In this document: piece after piece, positions 57,249-64,000 of the stretch
Position numbering within the stretch: the first letter of the stretch is position 1
Layout of the letters: every line of letters starts with the position of its first letter
Assembly: GCA_051251915.1 (NCBI GenBank)
Contig: JBPOGF010000003.1
Coordinates: forward strand, 32,001 to 96,000
DNA from: Akkermansiaceae bacterium
GTDB lineage: Bacteria > Verrucomicrobiota > Verrucomicrobiia > Verrucomicrobiales > Akkermansiaceae
DNA length: 64,000 nucleotides
Direction: 5' to 3'
Program-made: the position numbers and the translations under genes
The notes under the pieces: generated by a model
The model's database searches: none
What the model saw: the letters and a program-made list of their open reading frames with translations, nothing else
What the model was told of the DNA's origin: nothing

Positions 57249-57378
57249 GTGGCAATATGGATACTTGTGAATTGCCTAAAAGACAAGGAAAAGTAATGAT
57301 ACATTTCTGAGACAACGAAGCATTCGATGCACTGAAAAGGCCTTGTAAAAACCGCAAACCCGCTACACACTCCGCGGC

Positions 57379-58803
57379 ATGAACGCTATACCTAATGTCC
57401 TCGCAGAACGCTATGCCTCTGCTTCTATCACCAATATTTGGTCTGCTGCAGGCCGCATCGTCTTAGAACGTGAATTCTGGATCTCTGTAATGAAGGCGCA
57501 GAGGGATCTAGGGCTAGACATTCCGCAGGAAGCTATCGAGGCTTATGAATCTGTGAAAGATCAGGTGAATCTGCCTGCGATTATGGAACGCGAGCGCATC
57601 ACGAGACATGATGTGAAGGCGAGGATCGAAGAATTCTGTGATCTTGCTGGTCACCAGCACATTCATAAAGGGATGACTTCAAGAGACCTTACAGAAAACG
57701 TTGAGCAGCTTCAGGTGTATCGCTCATTATTGATCATCAGGGATAAAACCATTGCGACGCTTGCTAAGATAAGCAGTAGAGCGGAGCAGTGGAAGGATTT
57801 AGTAATCACTGGCCGCACGCACAATGTGGCGGCTCAGCCAACTACATTTGGCAAACGTCTTGCGATGTTTGGGGAGGAACTTCTCGGATCACTCAGCTCG
57901 CTGAACCATCACATCGCCACTTATACTGTGCGCGGACTGAAGGGGGCAGTGGGCACACAGATGGATCAGATTTCACTTTTTGATGGTGATCTCGATAAGG
58001 TTTCCGCACTTGAGGAAAAAATCTGTAGCAATCTTGGTATCCCGGAAGTGTATACTAATGTTGGACAGGTTTATCCACGGTCATTAGATTTCCGCACTGT
58101 TTCAGTTCTTACTGATCTTGCGGCTGGTCCGTCATCAATGAGCCGCACGTTGCGACTGATGGCTGGAAATGAGACTGCTTCAGAGGGCTTTGCGAAAGGT
58201 CAGACTGGCTCAAGTGCGATGCCACATAAGATGAATTCACGTTCTTGTGAGCGTGTGAATGGTTTCCAAACGATTCTTAAGGGATACTTGAATATGGCGA
58301 TGGGGCTGGCTGGTGATCAGTGGAATGAGGGTGATGTTTCATGTTCTGTAGTGCGCCGTGTGATGCTTCCAGATGCGTTTTATGCTTGTGACGGGATGTT
58401 TGAGACGTTCCTCACGATCTTGAATCAAATGGATGCTTATCCAGCGGTGATCGAGGCTGAGAATAATCATTACTTACCATTCCTCATGACTACGACTATT
58501 ATGATGGAAGCTGTGAAGGCTGGTGTGGGTAGAGAAGCCGCGCACAAGGCTATCAAGGAAAATGCGGTAGCGACTGTGAATGACCTCCGCACTGGAGCGA
58601 CACGTGAGAATGATCTACTGGTTCGTCTGGCAGCAGATGATCGTATCCCGCTCACTGAAGAACAGCTCACAGCATTGATGGATGAAGGAAAAGAAAATGC
58701 AGGAACGGCAAGGATCCAAGTGAGTGCATTTGCAGCTAAAGTGAAGCAACTTTGTGATGAGAATCCAGAGGCTGCAAACTACACACCTGGATCTATCCTC
58801 TAA
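57379..58803 (+). CDS. purB: Adenylosuccinate lyase
   Basis: RHDVKA, HKGMTSRD, GRTHNVAAQPTT and the fumarase/ASL signature GSSAMPHKMN. Confidence 0.95.
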   Translation: MNAIPNVLAERYASASITNIWSAAGRIVLEREFWISVMKAQRDLGLDIPQEAIEAYESVKDQVNLPAIMERERITRHDVKARIEEFCDLAGHQHIHKGMTSRDLTENVEQLQVYRSLLIIRDKTIATLAKISSRAEQWKDLVITGRTHNVAAQPTTFGKRLAMFGEELLGSLSSLNHHIATYTVRGLKGAVGTQMDQISLFDGDLDKVSALEEKICSNLGIPEVYTNVGQVYPRSLDFRTVSVLTDLAAGPSSMSRTLRLMAGNETASEGFAKGQTGSSAMPHKMNSRSCERVNGFQTILKGYLNMAMGLAGDQWNEGDVSCSVVRRVMLPDAFYACDGMFETFLTILNQMDAYPAVIEAENNHYLPFLMTTTIMMEAVKAGVGREAAHKAIKENAVATVNDLRTGATRENDLLVRLAADDRIPLTEEQLTALMDEGKENAGTARIQVSAFAAKVKQLCDENPEAANYTPGSIL

Positions 58804-58816
58804 AAAAACAAAGAAA

Positions 58817-61576
58817 ATGTCTGACTATTTAGCATCACTCACTCATCGTATAGATTCAGATCTCGGCCCTATTTTAGAGGCTGAGGTCAACACGCCTGAG
58901 GCGCAACTTGAGCGAGCTGATGCGATAAAGGCATTTCTTCAGACTGAGGATGACATCATTATGGCACTCCATGATTCTGGAGTGTCTGGATTGACCATTG
59001 CTGGGTATAGGGCATCATTGATAGACACCTTTTTACAGACAGCATTCAATAATGAAGTTGCAAAACTCGAGGGAGATAATGTCCCGACTATATCACTTAT
59101 CGCGGTGGGGGGATATGGACGTGGGGAGTTGAACCCTGGTTCAGATTTGGACATCTTATTTCTGGTTCCTAAGCCCGCTAATTCTTATCCTAAAGACAGT
59201 GCCACATCGGTACTGATACAAAACATCCTTTATTTGCTTTGGGACACAGGATTTAAAGTAGGACATGCAACTCGTTCATTGATAGAGTGCATCAAGGAGG
59301 CGAAAAGTGAACAGCAATCTAAAACTGCGATGATGGACGTGCGTCTTCTGTCGGGTGATGAAGCACTATTTCATAAGTTTACTGATCGTTTCGAGAGAGA
59401 CTGTCTGCTTCGTGATCAACAGGCATTTCTGGATCTTCGGATTGAAGATCTCAGCTCTAGGCATAAGAAATATTCACATACTGTGTTTCTCCAAGAGCCG
59501 CATGTGAAAGAGAGTTGTGGAGGGCTACGAGATTACCACAATATCCTCTGGGTGGCGCGCGCTAAGCGTGGTACTTCTGACTTACAAGCTTTGGTGAATG
59601 AAAAAATTCTATCTAAGCGAGCTTATGACGAACTGATAGCAGCCTATGATTTTATCCATCGGGTAAGAAACGAACTTCATTACTATAATCAGTCAAACAC
59701 AGACATTCTTACTTTGAGGCTTCAGGGTGTGGTAGCTACGAATTTCAAGTATCCGCAGAAGAGTATTTTACGCCGTTGTGAGGCGTTCATGAAGGACTAT
59801 TATACGCATACGAGAAACATTTATCGACACACTTCATCATTGATGGAGAGCTTCCAGCTGGAAGTAGCTCAGGAGGATGAGTCTAGATGGAAGAGGCTTT
59901 TTTCACCTAAGAAAAAGCGTGAGGTTTTTGACGGATTTATCGCAAGAAATGGACTGATCTATGCGCAGAATAGCCAGATTTTTGAAGAGAACTCTCATCG
60001 GTTAATGCGTGTCTTTCAGCACTGCCAGATTAAGGGCTTAAACCTTAGCCCGCAGATGCGTAAATTGCTCAAGGATAATGCGGATAAGATCGACCTGAAA
60101 TTCCGGCAGTCTCGCTCTAACAGAGAGACATTTCGTGCGATGTTGGAGAGGAAGGGTGATGTCGCTACTTGTTTGAGAATGATGCATAGAGTTGGGTTGC
60201 TGGGAGCATATCTACCAGAATTTGGAGCTTTAGATTGCCTTGTGCAGCACGAGTTCTTCCATCGTTACACGGCAGATGAGCACACACTTCGTTGTATTGA
60301 TGAGCTGGATAAACTGGTAGATAATGATTCCCGTGAGCTAGAGATCTACAGAAACATCCTCATGAAAACGGGAGACTCATACGCACTCTATCTGGCCCTG
60401 ATTATGCATGATACTGGCAGGGCGGAAAATGTGCGTGAGCATATTGATGGCTCCGCGATCTTGACCTCCAGAGTCTGCACTCGGATGCGGATCAGTGGGG
60501 CCAGGAGGTCACTCATTACTTTTCTTGTGGACCACCATCTCACCTTCTGGCGGTATGCTACTAACAGAAATCTGGATGACCCATTAGTGATCGAAGAGTT
60601 TGCTAATATTATGGGTACGCCGCAACGGCTTAGCACCTTGTTTTTATTTACCTATGCGGACTCAAATGGAACGAATGAAAAGGGTTGGTCGCCTTGGAAA
60701 GAGTCATTGATGCTGCAACTTTATCGCTCTACTACGCAGTATTTGTGCGAGGGCAAAGAGAAGTATAGAGCATTGTTAGACGAGGAAAAGGCGAGGCTTT
60801 TCGTAGCCGCTAAGAAGAGGCTAGATCCTAAATATCATGACCAGTTAGTACAGCATTTTGAGACGATGCCGATGCGCTATTTCCGTTTCCGCGAGTCAGT
60901 GAATATAGGGACTCATGTGAAGGCTGTGGCTAAATTTATAGCAGCGGACAAAATCGCCGATGATGATAAATCTGCAGATCTCCGCTGGATAGCACGTCCT
61001 GACCGAGCTTATACTGAGCTGGTGGTGACTTGTTGGAATACGACATTGCTGTGTGAGAAGGTTTGCTGTGCTTTGGCTTCTGAGGAGCTGAATATTATTG
61101 CGGCAGATGTTTACACGAGGACAGACAATGTGGTGTGCGACATTTTCCAGGTCTGCACTACTGATCACCAGCCGATAACAGATGCGAATGTGAAAAAACG
61201 TGTAGTGGCGAAGTTGAAAGAGCTGATACGTCACGAGGGTTATGATCCTGACAAGTATCTCAAAAAGAAGAAGAATTACCTTCGAAAAGACACTGCCGAA
61301 GGTGGTATTCCTTTTCCTGTCAGAGCGTTTACGAATAATCATTTGAGTTCTACTTTCACAGCTATTGAGATCCAAGCGCAGGACAGGATTGCCCTCTTGC
61401 ATGACTTGTTTTTAGAAATAGGAAAGTTAGGGTTAGCAACTCATCATGCTAGAATCTGTACGGAAAAAGGTGCGGCGATGGATACATTTTACGTGTGTCA
61501 TCTAACGGGTGAGAAAGTGGAAGATCCGGAATTGTTAGAGCGTATAGAAAAATCTCTAACGGAATTGCTTAATTGA
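58817..61576 (+). CDS. glnD: [Protein-PII] uridylyltransferase/uridylyl-removing enzyme
   Basis: AVGGYGRGELNPGSDLDILF, EPHVKESCGGLRD, HRYTADEH, HD motif, two C-terminal ACT domains. ATG at 58817. Confidence 0.93.
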   Translation: MSDYLASLTHRIDSDLGPILEAEVNTPEAQLERADAIKAFLQTEDDIIMALHDSGVSGLTIAGYRASLIDTFLQTAFNNEVAKLEGDNVPTISLIAVGGYGRGELNPGSDLDILFLVPKPANSYPKDSATSVLIQNILYLLWDTGFKVGHATRSLIECIKEAKSEQQSKTAMMDVRLLSGDEALFHKFTDRFERDCLLRDQQAFLDLRIEDLSSRHKKYSHTVFLQEPHVKESCGGLRDYHNILWVARAKRGTSDLQALVNEKILSKRAYDELIAAYDFIHRVRNELHYYNQSNTDILTLRLQGVVATNFKYPQKSILRRCEAFMKDYYTHTRNIYRHTSSLMESFQLEVAQEDESRWKRLFSPKKKREVFDGFIARNGLIYAQNSQIFEENSHRLMRVFQHCQIKGLNLSPQMRKLLKDNADKIDLKFRQSRSNRETFRAMLERKGDVATCLRMMHRVGLLGAYLPEFGALDCLVQHEFFHRYTADEHTLRCIDELDKLVDNDSRELEIYRNILMKTGDSYALYLALIMHDTGRAENVREHIDGSAILTSRVCTRMRISGARRSLITFLVDHHLTFWRYATNRNLDDPLVIEEFANIMGTPQRLSTLFLFTYADSNGTNEKGWSPWKESLMLQLYRSTTQYLCEGKEKYRALLDEEKARLFVAAKKRLDPKYHDQLVQHFETMPMRYFRFRESVNIGTHVKAVAKFIAADKIADDDKSADLRWIARPDRAYTELVVTCWNTTLLCEKVCCALASEELNIIAADVYTRTDNVVCDIFQVCTTDHQPITDANVKKRVVAKLKELIRHEGYDPDKYLKKKKNYLRKDTAEGGIPFPVRAFTNNHLSSTFTAIEIQAQDRIALLHDLFLEIGKLGLATHHARICTEKGAAMDTFYVCHLTGEKVEDPELLERIEKSLTELLN

Positions 61577-61592
61577 GCAAAAAAATAATATT

Positions 61593-62183
61593 ATGTCAGA
61601 TAAGAAAACAGAACAATTGATTTACGAAGTTTATAATCATCAAAAGCTGGAGCTAGTAAAGCACCTGATCATGAATGATCCAGAATTGGGTTCGGCTATG
61701 ATTTATCTTACTATGACAGATGAGGTTCACGCCTTGACTACTGCGTTGAGTCAGGCCGGATTGCATGTGGATTCTATTCACGGAAAGAAGAAGCCTGAGG
61801 CGCGCTTGGTGGTGCTGGGTGAGCACGTGGCAGGTAAGTTAGATTATCTGGTAGTCACCGAGGCATGTGCTCGTAATCTAGACATTTCTGGAGTTAAAAC
61901 GATCATCAATGTGGATTTCCCTGAGTTGGTAAAAGATTACGAGAGACAGGTGTTATCACCAGATACTGAACGTGTGTACAGTTTTGCAAACCCGAAGGGG
62001 AATAAGCTTCTGATGGCACTAGAGGAGTTGATAGAGGTAAGTATTCCACGCGCTACTTCTGATGGGTTTAGCTATGATAAACATGCCTTGAAGGTGTCTA
62101 CACGGAATAAGCAACGTAAGAGTGGACCGCGTTCTAAGCCGCTTCAGAATAAGAAGTCTAAGCTGAAGAAGAAGGGACGATAG
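61593..62183 (+). CDS. Stand-alone DEAD-box helicase C-terminal (RecA2) domain with basic tail
   Basis: SIHGKK, LVVTEACARNLDISGV and IINVDFP motifs. No N-terminal DEAD domain, motif VI absent. Confidence 0.75.
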   Translation: MSDKKTEQLIYEVYNHQKLELVKHLIMNDPELGSAMIYLTMTDEVHALTTALSQAGLHVDSIHGKKKPEARLVVLGEHVAGKLDYLVVTEACARNLDISGVKTIINVDFPELVKDYERQVLSPDTERVYSFANPKGNKLLMALEELIEVSIPRATSDGFSYDKHALKVSTRNKQRKSGPRSKPLQNKKSKLKKKGR

Positions 62184-62202
62184 TTTTATTAAATTCACGA
62201 CT

Positions 62203-62235
62203 AAAAAACCATTCATGACGGATCATGAATGGTTT
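62203..62235. terminator. Probable bidirectional terminator
   Basis: AAACCATTCATGA-cgga-TCATGAATGGTTT between convergent genes. Confidence 0.8.
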
Positions 62236-62266
62236 CTCTGATGAATCTAGGATGTTATATAATTTG

Positions 62267-64000
62267 TTAGAATTTAGCAGTGAATCCTAATACGGTATTG
62301 AATCCAGGTTCGTTTTGGCCGGCTCCGTGGTAGCGGTATGACTCGTCTGTGATGTTCTCGAAACCTAGGCTTAGCTCTAGGTTATCGTTCACATGGTAGC
62401 CTGAGTAGACTGATGCGACTACGTATGATGGTGTGCCACCTAGTGGGATGCGCGTAGAGTCTGAGGCTGCGTCTTCGCTGAGGTTGTTTGCTTTAGCTGC
62501 GGCTTTGATTCTGGTTTCGATCCAGAGTTTCTGGTTTGGGTGTGTCCAGCGCGCTGAAACTCCGCCCATGATGGGGTGCATTCTGCGCACGGTGTCTTCA
62601 ACTAATGCTCCGCCTAGGGTGTCTGGAGTTTTTTGTTTTCCGTCTTGGAATGCTGCGTAGGCGCGTAGTTCCCATTGTTCTGAAAGACGGTATGATGCAT
62701 CCATTTCTATACCGAAGATGTATCCGTCACCGCCGTTGGTGGCTGTGTTGCCGCCGGTGGAATTGCTTACGCTAGTGATTTGGTCTCTGAAGTCATGGTA
62801 GTATGCTGCGAGTCCTGCGGTGAAGTCTTCAGTGGTGTGGCGGAGGCCGATCTCGTAGTTGATGTATTCTTCTGGATCTACGTCGACTGAGCCTGAGCTG
62901 TCGATGCCGTCTAGGGCGTAGGTATTTCCTGTGAGGTCATTTAGGTTAGGGGCACGGAATGCTTCTGATACGCCGCCGTAGACTGACCAGCCGTTGTCTA
63001 GCTCGTAGTTAGCGCGGAGGCTGAGTGAGAGGTCATTCCAGTCGTTTTCGCCTGATTGATCTTCTGTGGCACCGTCTGGTCTGTAGCCTTCCCATTGTGC
63101 TTTGGCGTATGAGTAGCGGGCACCAGCGGTGATGGCGAGTTGTTCGTTGGCTTGCCATTGATACTGGCCGAAGACTCCGAGGAGGTCGTAGCTGCTGTCA
63201 TCTGCGACTGGGCGGCTGCTAGGGCGGAATACGCCGTTACGAGATGCTGAGGAGCTGGCTTCATCACGGTAGTAGTCTAGGCCGTAAACTAGCTCACCTG
63301 GTCCGATTTTGGATTGTAGCTGGAGGTCAAATCCGTAGGTGTCTAGGTCGATAACGCTGGTGTCTAGGTTGCCGCCGATGTTGGTGCGGTCACGTCTGGT
63401 GGAGTCTTGAGTTTTCTGGTAGGATAGTGTGGCGGCGTAGCTATCGATGAATGAGCCTTGGAGTGTTCCTTCTAGTTTTGCGTAGGTGAGTGAGCGCTCT
63501 TGGTCGTAGATTTCTGAGTCTGCGGCGATTCCGGTTTGGTCGGGGACGATTTGTGCTCCGTCGTGATACCATCCTGGGTTGGAGGTGGTTCTGTGCCAGC
63601 GGTTGCCGTCGTCTTGGTTGAAGTATTGGTGTGCGAGTGTGAGTGTGGCTGCATCTGATAGTGCGTATTCGAGTTTGATGTCGAATGCTTGTTCTGTGTA
63701 GCCGGTGTTGTCCATTCTGCCGACTTCTGAGTCGTAGATGTCTCCTGCTTCTTTGGCGCTGAGTCCTAGGCTGACTCCCCATTTTCCGCCTTTACCGAAT
63801 TGTGTTTCGATTCTTCCTGAGTGGCTTTCTGAGTTTGATTCGAAGCGGTATTTTGCTTCACTGTGCATGAAGTCACCGGTTTCATTTTGGAAGCCTGATG
63901 CTTTTGTAAGGAGGTTGGTAGTGCCGCCGACAGCGTCTGATCCGTAGAGGACAGATCCTTGGCCTTTGATGAGCTCGATGGAGCTTAGGGACTGGAGGTC
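62267..64000 (-). CDS. TonB-dependent receptor (5' end lies beyond the window)
   Basis: Frame is open to the window edge and includes the plug motif IELIKGQGSVLYGSDAVGGTTN. Barrel motifs AFRAPNL and ENITDESY, terminal Phe. Confidence 0.9.
   Translation of the reverse strand, partial: DLQSLSSIELIKGQGSVLYGSDAVGGTTNLLTKASGFQNETGDFMHSEAKYRFESNSESHSGRIETQFGKGGKWGVSLGLSAKEAGDIYDSEVGRMDNTGYTEQAFDIKLEYALSDAATLTLAHQYFNQDDGNRWHRTTSNPGWYHDGAQIVPDQTGIAADSEIYDQERSLTYAKLEGTLQGSFIDSYAATLSYQKTQDSTRRDRTNIGGNLDTSVIDLDTYGFDLQLQSKIGPGELVYGLDYYRDEASSSASRNGVFRPSSRPVADDSSYDLLGVFGQYQWQANEQLAITAGARYSYAKAQWEGYRPDGATEDQSGENDWNDLSLSLRANYELDNGWSVYGGVSEAFRAPNLNDLTGNTYALDGIDSSGSVDVDPEEYINYEIGLRHTTEDFTAGLAAYYHDFRDQITSVSNSTGGNTATNGGDGYIFGIEMDASYRLSEQWELRAYAAFQDGKQKTPDTLGGALVEDTVRRMHPIMGGVSARWTHPNQKLWIETRIKAAAKANNLSEDAASDSTRIPLGGTPSYVVASVYSGYHVNDNLELSLGFENITDESYRYHGAGQNEPGFNTVLGFTAKF

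Noticed and set aside
58754..58816. ORF-track N-terminal extension of glnD (likewise 52206, 4508, 4616, 5950)
   Set aside because: These extensions overlap neighbouring genes or promoters. Downstream ATGs give family-typical N-termini.
63866..63868. Start codon of the TonB-dependent receptor
   Set aside because: The frame remains open to 64000 and contains plug-domain sequence, so the true start is outside the window.

Overview
Gene-dense 64-kb bacterial window, most likely from a Verrucomicrobiota genome. That placement is inferred from five PEP-CTERM genes ending (V/I)PEPSSTALLGL(G/S)GLA...RRR(K/N), two giant Verru_Chthon-A/GspK-PilX-like proteins, a DUF6288-type protein, a sulfatase and a GH95-like hydrolase. 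Housekeeping genes include tRNA-Pro(TGG), glpK, folA, ppk1, a ppx/gppA-family gene, purB, glnD and a 5-formyl-THF cyclo-ligase. No integrase, transposase, rRNA or CRISPR array was seen. Most notable: (1) two orphan two-gene modules, each a giant GspK/PilX-type pilin followed by a homologous secreted partner; (2) a tandem PEP-CTERM array in which each gene has its own sigma54-type -24/-12 promoter and related terminator, with a GGnnA-N5-TGACC pseudo-palindrome that also occurs upstream of the first pilin module; (3) decayed remnants of a GH95/PEP-CTERM duplication; (4) an operon of a BON-OmpA protein, a small membrane protein and a 1816-aa coiled coil with 81-aa and 55-aa repeats and a C-terminal HhH domain; (5) a quinone-reductase-type MDR enzyme with a whole ABM domain inserted into it; (6) several apparent pseudo-enzymes. 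All family calls come from reading motifs by eye; no database searches were run.
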